64,000 bases of DNA, taken from Paraphysomonas bandaiensis (Eukaryota > Protista > Chrysophyceae). The stretch is from positions 186,001 through 250,000 of the forward strand of contig CBFFRP010000136.1 of assembly GCA_965644295.1 (NCBI GenBank), given 5' to 3'. Below the pieces are notes generated by a model. It was not told where the DNA came from. It worked only from the letters and a program-made list of their open reading frames with translations, and ran no database searches. Below are positions 11,878 through 24,806 of this stretch, piece by piece (position 1 is the first letter of the stretch; the number at the start of each line of letters is the position of its first letter). The translations under genes were made by a program, and so were the position numbers.

Positions 11878-14800
11878 ATGGGGACTGAAGTAGTTGATTT
11901 GGAGAACTTTTTCATTGGTAAACCTGATCGGTGTGAGCGGTTGATATCATGTTTGCAGTATTGTCTAGAGAGTGATAGTGCTAATATTCGTAATGGAGAT
12001 CATCTCTATGCGGTGAGAATTGATATGAAGAGTGTTCCCTCTTATGGTTTCATATGATAACCATCATACAGGTGCTTGAGAAGGGTCTGTTTTATCGAGG
12101 GATGATTCAGGATTTTGAGAATCTTGAGTTCCTGAGTCAAATAGATACGATTTTAAATAAATTTTCGGAGTTTGAAATGTTTGTTTTCTATTTCTGATTG
12201 TGGCTTAGTGTAATATTCCCTCAGGTTGTTTGTACCGAAAACTCAGATTGATATGTGCCGGGTTAAGAGTGAGGTATTGTGTTGTACTATGATATTCAGT
12301 GCTGATGTATGGGTCACACAGATTCCCGGAACTTGTTCAGCAATTATTAATATAGTTGCCCAGAAGTGTCCAGTTCACAAGAATTTGTCGTGTTATATAC
12401 TGATTGATACGAAAGTGAATATATATGTTGTAACAGTGTATGAAAAGCAGGTTGTTGCCTTGCTATCCATAAGGTGGTGATATTTTCATCCTCACTTTGC
12501 TGTAACTAACCTTTATCGCCAGTGAAGATATTCAAATGCACTCAGTGTCTAGCACTGGCGACGTACATCAGATATTAAGTCGCGATGTTTCTTCGTTTCA
12601 ACCCCTCGCTGACAGTTCTCGTGAAGAGGAGTGCATCGCTGCCGCACATGTGGCAGTAGTAATGTGCGCCGATGACGAAACCATAGCGACTATGGATTCT
12701 GACGCGCGGAAGCTGGAGGCTACTCTACAGGTGAAATATTGTAGTAATATATAGACAACATGTGTAACCAATGGAACAAAGCGTCTTCGCAAGTCAGAGA
12801 AAGTTCATTCGATAAAACTGATTCGGGAGCATATTGCCAGCATGAAGGACTGTGAGCCTGCTGCCCCCGGATCCCGTGACGCTGACATTGCTTCTGTAAA
12901 AACAAGAGAACAGTCGGTTACTGCTGCAGAATTCGAAAGAGCATTCCCTCTTGAGCCTGGTACTACAGTACGAAAATCATTCGCTGCGATGGCTGCATCC
13001 CTCGACTCACCTGACAAGAGGCCCGACTCAGCTCCGTCCCGAAACCCTGGCAACAGCGTAGACTTGACTATTAATAGACTACACTCCCGGCGTTCTTTGT
13101 CTCCAAGTCAAGCGCACGAGGGATCCCCGCCAGTTGTTGCGCCGACACCATCGGATGTCAGCCCGTTGGAACGACCTGTGTCAGTTTCTGCTGAAAGGAA
13201 TATCGATATTCGAGAAAGTCTTCTCAATGAGCTCTTGCGGTCCAATGAGTCAGAAGACGTGGCGTCATTTGGCATGCGCGCTTATCATGCTATCCGAGAA
13301 AATGTATTGGGACACCAGGACTGGGGAACAACAGGTGTGTGGAATCAAGCCTTTCGTATCCTTTGTGACGTGTCGTTTTCACAGGATCAACTTGTATTCC
13401 AGAGAACGATGGTGAGGAAGAGGAGATGGAAGGTTCTGGTGCGGAGGATGCGGAAGAGGAATTTGACCTCCTAGAGGAATTGGGTGGAGGTGGAAAAATG
13501 CCTTCGGAAATGTTTTACGCAGATGGTCATGCGAATGCTTTGGATGACTCTTCTATTAATAAGACTGGGTTGGACGGCGAAAGTACGGAGGAGTTCGTGG
13601 TAGTAACGAACAGTCAAGGCGAGTATGTTTTCTCGAAGCTCAACTCTCCATCCGAGCGGTCCGGTTTTGGTGGTTATGTATATAAAGACTACGAGCGCTC
13701 GGGGCTTGGGCATATGGACGACTCGAATGCGGAAGGTAAAGTTTTCGACCGGAAGGAATCTCGGGATCACGATAGAAACTCCAGTACTGATAGACCGCGT
13801 AATTGGGGAAGTACTAAATCGCCCGATGAAGCACTCCTAGCAGTTTCTCAAGAATACTCTCGCAACACTACTTCTGATATCATGGTGGGTCGGGAGGATC
13901 TAGAGAATACGCAGACTCTCAACGAGCGTACTCGAATGATATCTCCTCTGAAAGGTACTCATACTCATTTTACAAATGAAAAAACTCCGGATCCGCTGGA
14001 GTCGTCGAATCAATTCAGACACAACTACGAGATGGAATCGGGTGCTGGTGGTGTGTCCGACCGTCGACCAGTAGATGAAGTAGGTTCGGATCCACTGGAG
14101 TCGTCGAATTACGGCAAACACAACTATGAAACTAGGAAGGAATCCGGTGATGGTGTACAGTCTGACCATCGATCAATAGATGAAGTAGGTTCGGATCCTT
14201 TGGAGTCATCTAATTACTATAAAAACAACTACGAAACTATGAAGGAATCGGTTGGCGGTGGTATGTCTGACCATCGATCCGTAGATGACGGAGGTTCGGA
14301 TCCGTTGGAGTCGTCTAATTACTACAAACACAACTATGAAACTATGAAGGAATCGGTTGGCGGCGGTGTGTCTGACCATCGATCCATAGATGAAGTAGGT
14401 TCAAATCCGTTGGAGTCGTCTAATTACTACAAACACAACTATGAAACGAGGAAGGAATCCGGTAATGGTGTACAGTCTGACCGTCGATCCGTAGATGAAG
14501 TAGGTTCAGATCCGTTGGAGTCGTCTGATTACTACAAACACAACTACGAAACTATGAGGGAAACAGTTGGAGGCGGTGTGTCTGACCATCGATCCATAGA
14601 TGACGGAGGTTCGGATCCGTTGGAGTCGTCTAATTACTACAAACACAACTATGAAACGAGGAAGGAATCCGGTTATGGTGTACAGTCTGACCGTAGATCC
14701 GTAGATGAAGTAGGTTCAGATCGGTTGGAGTCGTCTGATTACTACAAACACAACTATGAAACGAGGAAGGAATCCGGTAATGGTGTACAGTCTGACCGTA

Positions 14801-17800
14801 GATCCGTAGATGAAGTAGGTTCAGATCCGTTGGAGTCGTCTAATCAATTCCGACACAACTATGAAACTATGAGGGAATCGGTTGGCGGTGGTGTGTCTGA
14901 TCATCAATCCATAGATGACGGAGGTTCGGATCCCTTGGAGTCATCTAATTACCGCAAACACAACAAGGAAACTATGAGGGAATCGGTTGGCGGAGGTGTG
15001 TCTGACCAACGGTCCGTAGATGAAGTAGGTTCAGATCCGTTGGAGTCGTCTAATCAATTCCGACACAACTACGAAACTATGAGGGAATCGGTTGGCGGAG
15101 GTGTGTCTGATCATCGATCCATAGATGACGGAGGTTCGGATCCCTTGGAGTCATCTAATTACCGCAAACACAACAAGGAAACTACGAGGGAATTGGTTGG
15201 CGGAGGTGTGTCTGACCAACGGTCCGTAGATGAAGTAGGTTCAGATCGGTTGGAGTCGTCTAATCAATTCCGACACAACAAGGAAACTATGAGGGAATCG
15301 GTTGGCGGAGGTGTGTCTGACCATCGATCCGTAGATGACGGAGGTTCGGATCCGTTGGAGTCGTCTAATCAATTCCGACACAACTACGAAACTATGAGGG
15401 AATCGGTTGGCGGAGGTATGTCTGATCATCAATCCATAGATGAAGTAGGTTCGGATCCCTTGGAGTCATCTAATTACCACAAACACAACGAGGAAACTAT
15501 GAGGGAATCGGTTGGCGGAGGTGTGTCTGACCAACGATCCGTAGATGAAGTAGGTTCAAATCCGTTGGAGTCGTCTAATCAATTCCGACATAACTATGAA
15601 ACTATGAGGGAATCGGTTGGCGGTGGTGTGTCTGACCGTCGATCCGTAGATGAAGTAGGTTCAGATCCGTTGGAGTCGTCTAATCAATTCCGACACAACT
15701 ACGAAACTATGAGGGAATCGGTTGGCGGAGGTATGTCTGATCATCGATCCGTAGATGACGGAGGTTCGGATCCGTTGGAGTCGTCTAATTACTACAAACA
15801 CAACTATGAAACTATGAAGGAATCGGTTGGCGGCGGTGTGTCTGACCATCGATCCATAGATGAAGTAGGTTCAAATCCGTTGGAGTCGTCTAATTACTAC
15901 AAACACAACTATGAAACGAGGAAGGAATCCGGTAATGGTGTACAGTCTGACCATCGATCCGTAGATGAAGTAGGTTCAGATCCGTTGGAGTCGTCTAATC
16001 AATTCCGACACAACTACGAAACTATGAGGGAAACAGTTGGCGGTGGTGGGTCTGACCGTCGAGCACTAGTTCGGGGAAGTGCCAGTGGTTTCGGTGGTTC
16101 TATGCCTTCAGGTGATGCCTGTTTTCACGATGAAATTCGAGCTCTTTTAAGTGCAGAGATGGAATCTATATCACAGAAGAAAGCTGAGAGAGATGTACGC
16201 ATGATATAATGTCACTAAGTTTTTAATTTTTTTGTAGTCTAGACGGTCTCTTCGAAGGGTTGAATTGGGTCGTGATATCTTCTTTAAAGTTCAAGCATCC
16301 GCAAAGAAAAGAATGGCAGATAGGAATCGAGCTACGTTCGTGTCGGAAGATAGAAAGAAAAGTATTGATGTGAGTCATCTTTCATCAGCAAAAGATCGTG
16401 TGAATGCTCCACCGCCTCCGCACTGGGCAGGTCATGGAAGCGATTCTGATATGAGGACGGAAGTATTGGATCATGGAAGTAGTCATGTTGCAAGGGATAG
16501 GGTCGCAGTGGGCGATAAGAGACCTAATGGAGGTGAAATACAGTCAGTACCGCGGATGGAACCTACCGTAGAGGGACTTGACGCTGCCAGAAATGGTAGT
16601 AATTTAGGGTTGCCACGCCCACCAAGTGCGGATGATATTCGTTATCGTAGTGGTACTATTTCAGGACAAGAGATTGTGCAAAAGAAGATTCCTGGTGTGT
16701 CTGAGTTAAGAGGTATTGAAAACGAAATTTCTCCTCCACCAGCAGGCCCTGCGTCTTCATCGTCGACGCTACCCAGAGGACGCGGGGTGGTCACTGGTGG
16801 GAGTGTTGCTATGACTAAACCGGAAATTAATACAGGTGTTTCTAATGCGCCTGAATCTAAGCATGTGCAGGCTCCACGAGAGCTGTCAGACAGAGAGAAA
16901 TTGATCCGTGAGAGGAGTCGACAGCGTGCCGTTGAGCTGTGGAGAAAGAAACAAGACACGGACAGCACTAGATCGGAGGAGCATAATGATGCAAGTACTG
17001 TTGCGACTCATCAGACTCATGTGACCGACAGGAGTGCATTTGGTCTCAACTCCGTGAATGAAAAGGAACACACATCTAATACAAGGAAGCCGCGAAAGGG
17101 AGAAGTTTTAGAGATTCCAATCGGTCCCGACGATGTTGGTGTGCAAGGCAAGAGTGCCACTCCGAGTTCAATACAAGATCAAGAAAATCGAAGACTGAGA
17201 TTTGAAATGATGAGGAAAAAGAAAATGGAGGAGGCTGCAGATCGTGAAAAGGTATTCGATTATAGTCGTTTGGGTGTGTAATCAGTTGTGGGTAATCCTT
17301 AGATCCGCCAACAGAGCAAGGAGCGCGGTATGAGCGCCGCAGGATATGCTGCTCGTGAACTTGAGAGAAGGAACCTTGCAAAGGATCCAGTTCGTGGGGT
17401 CATAAAGGATAGGGGGGTGGAGAGTTCAGGATGTGGTAAGACAAGAGATATTCGGGACGGCGACAATGGCCCGCCCTCAGTCGGAAGCTCACGGTCCAGG
17501 AGTAAACTGAATAGTCGCACCTCTGCGAGACCTGACGGTGCAGAAGCGACGGGGGGCACTGAGAGGAGCGGCTATCTGACGAAACATATAGATGACACTG
17601 ATATGGATAGACAGATAATAGAACTTGAGCGTGAAGTGGCTAATCTCGATGTCGGCAGCGTAAGCTCGGGAAATAGTGGAAAACCGCGGTCGCACAGTGC
17701 TAGTCACTCCTCACGACGACCGACGTCAGAGCAACTGAGCACACGTGCCGGGCGCCGGGATTCCGGGAATCATGGGACACCTCGATCTGTCGGTCAGAAA

Positions 17801-18419
17801 AGAGCAATGAGCGCTGGTCGCAACAGGTCTGTTACGAACCGCAGACTCAGTAATGCCCAGCAGGTGTGACAGTGACAATTGTGATTACGTTTCTGAGATT
17901 TACTTGCTTTGTAGATCAAAAATGCTCTGATGAATGTGTGTCTGGCGGGTTCTCACCAGAGTGTTCAGAGAGAGGAAACCTTAGACGCCATGGATGACAT
18001 AGTGGTAGGATGCATGTTTTGAGATTGCCTTGTGCTGTGTTTAATGGCCTGTATATCAGGCACATATTGAGAAGGCTGAATCACCGAGCGGTTATGTACA
18101 ATTTGTAATTGTGATGCACCAATCCAAAATGTTGTCCTTTAAAGGGCTGTATATTGTGGATGGTCACACAGGTATGATCGTCAAGTGGTAATTTTTCGTG
18201 TGGGGTAGTGATAAGTTTTTAGGTGATATCACACGCCTATGTGGTCGCGGACCTCGAATAATTCCTACAAGTGTTATAGCGGAGTATTTTAAGTATGAAT
18301 CGTCAACTCGATCATTTAAGAAGTTACCAACTCTGACGCTGGCTAATACATGTGATGCCATCAGTGTTGATCCGACCAAATTGAAAAAGCTTGCCTCAAA
18401 GTCTGAGTATATTATGTAG
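11878..18419 (+). CDS. Large multi-exon protein with a C-terminal CKK (CAMSAP/Patronin-type microtubule-binding) domain and a central 35-aa repeat array
   Basis: ORFs 12842, 13426, 16265 and 17330 are joined by GT-AG introns (e.g. 13334-13384). The C-terminus SNAQQIKNALMNVCLAG...QFVIV...FKGLY...RLCGRGPRII....YFKYESSTRSFKKLPT....CDAISV fits the CKK consensus. The 5' exon structure is less certain. Confidence 0.8.
13987..16065 (+). repeat. Coding tandem repeat, 20 x 105 bp (35 aa: SDPLESSNYYKHNYETMRESVGGGVSDHRSVDEVG)
   Basis: The LESS motif occurs 20 times in ORF 13426-16209, with a 105-bp period (tagatgaagtagg at 14072 and 14177). Confidence 0.97.
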
Positions 18420-18754
18420 AAAATACTGAGTTATATTTGTAAATGCAGCAACGCAGTTATAGGAAGGGGAGGTTTTTGTTCTTGGTCGTTAATGCTCGCA
18501 CATTGCAATTTCCGTGTTACCGGGTAATTAATAATGGGAAATATAGTGTATAGGTGTATAACGTATATTTTGGATAATATGATTTACATGATATTAGTGT
18601 GTCTCGTATTGGCGTGTATCGTAACAATATAGTTGTAGCAGAATTAATGTAAGTCAGAGCAAGAATCAATGTATAGAAAAGTCCTCGTTCTATAACCTTG
18701 TCTTTATATGTAGTCTATCTACACATACTGAACTTAGTCACATTTACTGGGATT

Positions 18755-18843
18755 AACAGACTACGAATCGCAACTACTTCTCGCTCTCCACTGGCACATC
18801 AAGATCTTCTCGCAGGGCTTCATGGTTCATGGAGGGCATAAGC
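18755..18843 (-). mobile_element. Degenerate hAT family A copy, 3' part (left flank of the Copia-1 insertion)
   Basis: The reverse complement atgaagccctgcgagaagatcttgatgtgccagtggagagcgagaagtag matches 3581-3630. Confidence 0.85.
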
Positions 18844-19163
18844 TGTTGAGTTTTGCTGTTTGTGAGCAATTAAAAGCTGTAGTTTCCAAGATATTAGAAT
18901 TATATCCGTTACTCAAAGAATACAGTAGTAGCTAGCTGTAGTATGAGAACCAATAATATGATAGCCATTGTAGTGATAAAACTGAAATATACTGACTGTA
19001 CAAGATAGTGACGATGTAAGATCGTACTAGAAATGGTTGGTGTAGTAGAGATAGAAAGAGTTGGTGAACGTCAATGAATGAAGTATGGTATCTCTTATAA
19101 TTATATAATATTCCATATAAGTGTTAACAAAGGTCTTATTACTAAAAATGTCTATTTCTAACA
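18844..19163 (+). repeat. 5' LTR of Copia-1
   Basis: tgttgag...ctaaca, a direct repeat of 24020-24339. Confidence 0.97.
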
Positions 19164-22100
19164 TGGTAGCAGACAGTAGTTCGGAGTGGAAACTTCTTCC
19201 TAAATTTGATCAGTTCGGTGTAGTGAATTGGTCAAAGAATCTGAAAGTGTGGTTGATGAGGAAGAACAGGAACCATCTTGGTCTAGAGGACCGTCCAGTA
19301 AGACCAGCAAATAATGCGCCAGTGACAGTCCGAAATAAGTACAAGGAGGATCTGGACAAGTGGCTGGAGAGGAAAGACACGTGCATCAGTTCAATATTTG
19401 AAGCTGTTCAACCAGTCGCTGAAGCCCTTGAGATCGTGGATCAGTACTTCCGGGAAAAGGATATGCTCCCGCAGGACCATCCTGATAAAGAGCAGTTAGC
19501 GAGTGAACTCATCTCTAGGTTAATTGTTCGGTTTCGAGGGGAAATCCAATATGAATTAGTTGAATTGAATAAGAAGTTTGCAGGATTCAAAATTCTACCG
19601 GGGGAACTCGTGTGCGCAGCATCTGTCAAAAAATGTCCGAGTTGGGGGAACCACCCACTGACATCGCTAAAAAAACGAAGTTACAGACTGCCCTCGAAAC
19701 ACGAAGCGATTTGGAGCAATTGTACACCAATCTCTACCTACAAGGTGACATAACCTTTATTGATATGATCACCATATGCAGGAGATACGATCAGGCAAAA
19801 GGTGTCCCGAAAGAAGGCACCGACGAAGTAAACATGAATTCCACTGCTGATGAAAATGAGGTGTGCAGCTATCCCAAATGTGGCAAACGGGGTCACTCAC
19901 AGAAATCGTGCTGGAAGAAGAAGAGAGACCTTAAGATCGCGAAATTAAGAAGGCAGGGAAAGAGTCGTGGCGCTAGGAATCGATCTGAGAGTCGCAGAGA
20001 CAACAACGAGAAGAAAAAATCAGATGGCTGCTATGTATGTGGAGACACCAGACATCGTGCGTATAAGTGCAAATTTCGTGCTCAAGTACGTAGTGACTCT
20101 GCCCAAGGAGACAAAAACCGGCCATTTTTGGACGAAAAGCCTGCAAAACGCACAGATTGGAATCGTTTTTTGCGGAGAGAGGAGCAAGAGGAAGATTCGG
20201 ACTCTGTGAACATGATTATGTATGAGGAACCGCATGATGATTCATGTGTCTCTGAAGAGGTGCTACACACTTCCGATGAACCCGTGTATTTAGACAGCTG
20301 TGCCTCTAATAAACTGTTCATTGTTAAGGACAGAAATTTCCTTCATACGGTCAAGAAGGAGGATGGAAATATACAGACAACCAGAGCTGGATCCAGTTTA
20401 CACTATGAGGAAACTGGAGGCTTTGGCGATTGGACTGACATCAAGATCTGCCCTGGATCAGTCAAGAATATCTGCTCTGGAGGAATACTCCGTTCTCACG
20501 GGTATGGATTGCAGTTGTTGAACAAGCCCACTGTTGTGCGACTTGATACTGGGGAGACTGTATTGGAGGCAACCTACTCAAGCAACGGAATGCCTTATGT
20601 AAATTTACAGGAAATACTTGATCTTCCAAATTTGACAATGCTGGAGGAAGTATATTTGTCCGACAAGGTGCATGAAGATCCGTTAGAGATGTTACACAAG
20701 CGCTGTGGACACGTCAGCAAACATAAGCTGATTGAAGCGTTTAAACACAGACTTTTTACCGGGAGCGGATTAACCCGACGACATCTCAGCAAGAAGAGTT
20801 TACGAAAAATGAAAGGTATTTGTAAAGCTTGCGCAAAATCAAAGATGACAAGGAAATCATTCACCGCAAAGAGAGATGACGAACTGCAAGCTACAGAGTT
20901 CCTTGAGAAGGTTTCTGTGGACATTGCTGTATATTTCAATTGCCCATCCAGACAAGGATACAAATATGTTCTGACATTATCAGATATAGCCACCAAGGAG
21001 TTTTGGGAATATCCGTTGGAGACACGGTCTGCGAATGAGGTGTTGAGTTGCGTGAAGGACTGGGTTGAGCGTAAACTCCCTACATATCCCGGTTCACACC
21101 GGTTGATACAGTACCATTCGGATGGGGGGGCTGAGTTGATCGACAAGTCCATTCAGCAATACTTAATGAGCAAGTTTGGAACTAGCATCACTTGGAGCTC
21201 CACAGACAGCCCTGAGATGAATGGTGTATCTGAGCGTAGGAATCGAACATTGGGAGAAATGACTCTGGCTCTGTTAATGGACTCAGGATTACCCGTAATT
21301 TTTTGGTGGGATGCTTATGTATATGCATGCATGATAGTTCGACGAATGCCTACACGTACATATCGAGGTTGGATGTCTCCAATGGAATGCGTCCCAGGAG
21401 GTTCAGTCCCTGACTTATCGAGATTTCGACGCTGGGGGTGCAAGGCTTATGTGCTTATTCCCAAAGGTGATCGTCGAAAGGACTGGCAGGAGAAGTCGCA
21501 GACTGGGTATTTCATAGGTCTATCCAATACGAAAAAGGGATCCCGTGTGTGGCTTGGTGACAAAGAAGTCGTATCAGTACATGTTCTGTATGATGAAAGT
21601 ATACCTCCAAGAGATAAGGAGTACTATGCAGAGCTTGAAGAGGCCTTAGTCAAAACTGACCCATTAGATCGATCAGTTGAAGAGTTTAAACATCTGATTG
21701 GTTCGTATCATGTGGACGACGGGTTTCTCTTCAAGACTACGAGAGTTGTGGTGCGAAAAGGACTAATTGTGGCGTTTAGGGCGCTAGTAACTGCTGGGAA
21801 AGAGCAGATAGAAGAAAAAGTCCCTATTCACGTACGTGATATTGCCGAGTTGACTGGTGACTATAACCGCAGGCTGTACTCAAAACCTCGTTCTTGTGAC
21901 GACAAGAGAGGTGGATCGTCATCTACGCCGGCTTCGGGTGACACGCCCAATAAGTCTACGGCGGATGAGATTCCAGGGAAGAGAATGTCCCTTCGTACTT
22001 TGCCGGAGAGTAGTGCGGGTGCTCTACCGAGTGGGGTCAGCGCGAATCGTGTCTTTGAGAATGTACCTTCTTGTGTGCCAAGTGAGAATAGTGGTACTGT

Positions 22101-23892
22101 ACATGCTGAGTCAAGGGAGACCAGTGGTAAACGTACGCGAATCCGAAGGGTGTTGACTAATGTGTCCACCCTGGGTGAGGTAAACCTTCTCCATGACGAG
22201 GAGATTGTTAACTTGTGTGATGAGAGTGATTGCGCACTTATGTCTAACTCGTCTACTTATAGAGAGCCTGAGACGTATGAAGAGTCATTGACATGTCCTG
22301 AAGCTTCAAATTGGAAGGAAGCTAGACGATTAGAACGGAATGCATTATTCAAGCGGGAAGTGTTTAATGTCGTTGAGACGCCACCTGGTGTTAGACCTCT
22401 AAAGTCCAGATATGTGTTCAAACGAAAATACAATAAAGATGGATCAATAAAAAAGCATAAAGCTCGTCTGGTCGCTCTGGGATATGGTCAAAGGACAGGT
22501 ATAGACGTCGAAAATACATTTGCTCCTGTGGTGAAATCGATTACGGTTAGACTAATCATTGCCCTTGCTTTCATGTTTAGTATGCACATCCATCAACTTG
22601 ACGTGTCGAATGCATTCTGTTATGCTAAAATCGAAGGAGACGTGTACATGGACCCTCCTCCCGATTTTCAGTTGCCACCAGGACACTGTTTCAAACTATA
22701 TCGCTCACTATATGGCCTTCGGAGTTCTCCACGTTCATGGTGGAAGACCATACATGGATTTATAAAGTCTTTGGGATTCAAACCCTGCATTTTAGAACCA
22801 TGTCTATATTATATGATGTACAAAGGTCATCGTGTGTACTTAACCATATACGTTGATGATATAGTAATCGCTTGTGCGGATCTGACTATTTTGACAGAAA
22901 TCAAGAAACGGTTTTGTGAAAGATTTGACATGTCAGACATGGGAGAATTAGAGCATTTTCTCAACGTTCGAGTTACAAGGACCAAGAATTATATTCAACT
23001 TGACCAATCGACATACGCTGAAAAAATTCTCACCAAATATGCAGCATTCCTTGGACCTTCAAACAAAGTTCGCAAATCCCCACTACCTGTAGATGCCATG
23101 GACAGGATTAATTGCACTGATAGTGAGAACTCATCTCAGGAGGAAGAGGGAGTCGACAATTATCCCTATCGTAGCTTACTAGGTGCCATGCTATATCTAT
23201 CAATGAATACGCGTCCAGATATTGCGTATGCTGTTGGCCTATTGTCACGATATGCTTCGAAACCAACAAAGGCTACATGCAAGTTGATGACTTATTTGTT
23301 ACAATACATCAGGGGTACTGTGCGGAAAGGTATTCGGTTCAGTGGTAAGAGCTTTGACATGCATATTTTCACAGACGCTGACTGGGCAGGCGATACTGTG
23401 TCACGAAGGTCGACAACTGGATACATTGTGTTTGCAGCAGGTGGACCACTCACCTGGCAATCAATCTTACAAGTTACTGTGTCTACGTCTTCAATGCAGA
23501 GTGAGTACCAAGCTATGTACGCTGGCATGCAAGAACTGGTGTGGCTTCGGGGGGTGTTGGCCGAATTGGGACTTCGACTGTACGAACCCACTCCATTTTT
23601 TTTAGATAGCCAGAGTGCTCGTGATCTAGCATTAAATCCAGTGTTCCACAAAAGATCAAAACACATTGAAATCAAATACCACTGGGTGCGTGAACATGTA
23701 GATCCAGAAGGACGTTTTAACACTGCGATATTGTATCACGTTGGAACTGATAACCAGACTGCAGACATATTTACGAAATCTTTGTGTGGCGTTATATACG
23801 AGAAGCATAGAAAGAGATGTCTAGGAGAAGATCAGAAGTCATCTGTGGATGTCATCAGAGAGAATTCATACAAACGAAACAGAGGCTCATAA
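19163..23892 (+). CDS. Copia gag-pol polyprotein with one frameshift in gag near 19610
   Basis: Zn knuckles CSYPKCGKRGHSQKSC and CYVCGDTRHRAYKC; protease YLDSCAS; integrase HKRCGH..CKAC, VD, HSDGGAE, NGVSERRNRTL; RT QLDVSNAF, SLYGLR, YVDD; RNase H TDADWAG. Confidence 0.95.
19164..19173 (+). promoter_or_regulatory. Primer binding site (tRNA-iMet type)
   Basis: TGGTAGCAGA lies directly after the LTR and is complementary to an initiator-Met tRNA 3' end (..UCUGCUACCA). Confidence 0.8.
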
Positions 23893-24019
23893 ACGTGTTG
23901 TCTACGGAGAGGCTAGCTGAAACGTCGGAGCCATACGTCCACCGGTTTGTCCTATACGGTTTCGGTGGTTGCGTATCCGTCAGTTATGCCATGTGTTACA
24001 GCTTTGAATTGAGAGGGAG

Positions 24020-24339
24020 TGTTGAGTTTTGCTGTTTGTGAGCAATTAAAAGCTGTAGTTTCCAAGATATTAGAATTATATCCGTTACTCAAAGAATACA
24101 GTAGTAGCTAGCTGTAGTATGAGAACCAATAATATGATAGCCATTGTAGTGATAAAACTGAAATATACTGACTGTACAAGATAGTGACGATGTAAGATCG
24201 TACTAGAAATGGTTGGTGTAGTAGAGATAGAAAGAGTTGGTGAACGTCAATGAATGAAGTATGGTATCTCTTATAATTATATAATATTCCATATAAGTGT
24301 TAACAAAGGTCTTATTACTAAAAATGTCTATTTCTAACA
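24020..24339 (+). repeat. 3' LTR of Copia-1
   Basis: Direct repeat of 18844-19163, preceded by the PPT and followed by the TSD TAAGC. Confidence 0.97.
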
Positions 24340-24660
24340 TAAGCATCCCACAACATGTAATTGGCTCGTAAAAATAGCATCGATTCTATACGATATTGAT
24401 TCATGTTTCTACGCTCAGGTGTTATAATAAACTTTGCACGACTAAAGAGCCTCTCAACAACAATATTAAATGTTTCGATATAAAGCAACCAGTGGTAGTT
24501 GGACTCATAAGTACCAAGTAGAGTTCTCTTGGTGATCTCGGCGCTATCCAGAACACGCTGTGCAAAATCAGTTCCTTCATTTTGTCGTGATTTCTGTCGG
24601 ACCAGAGCAAGCTGGCATTCTTAAGCACCTTTAGATCTTTGTAATGCCAGTTTGCTTGCT
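24340..24660 (-). mobile_element. Degenerate hAT family A copy (transposase remnant), right flank of Copia-1
   Basis: The reverse complement matches 3400-3572 (gttgttgagaggctctttagtcgtgcaaag, gagccaattacatgttgtgggatg) and 2837-2870 (KDL..LKNASLL). Confidence 0.88.
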
Positions 24661-24806
24661 CAGAAAACAAAGTAATTGATAATGAACAAAGTTGCCACAA
24701 AGTAGCTGTAGAATTGCATGAACTTGCTTAACATTGTTTAGATTTCACTTAGTTCTATATATTGAATTAAAACGTAGAAAGTAGAATTGCTTTTTGTCTC
24801 CAAATG

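Larger units (their letters stand above)
18844..24339 (+). mobile_element. Ty1/Copia LTR retrotransposon (Copia-1), full length and very recent
   Basis: Two 320-bp TG..CA LTRs, identical by eye; 5-bp TSD TAAGC; PBS; PPT gagagggag (24011-24019); gag-PR-IN-RT-RH order. Confidence 0.98.

Noticed and set aside
13987-16065. 105-bp repeat array as a CRISPR-like array
   Set aside because: There are no unique spacers, the period is a multiple of 3 within an open exon, the context is eukaryotic and there are no cas genes.
19590-19760. Programmed gag-pol ribosomal frameshift
   Set aside because: The shift lies mid-gag, before the zinc knuckles, with no clear slippery heptamer at the junction. Comparison with Copia-2 indicates missing codons.
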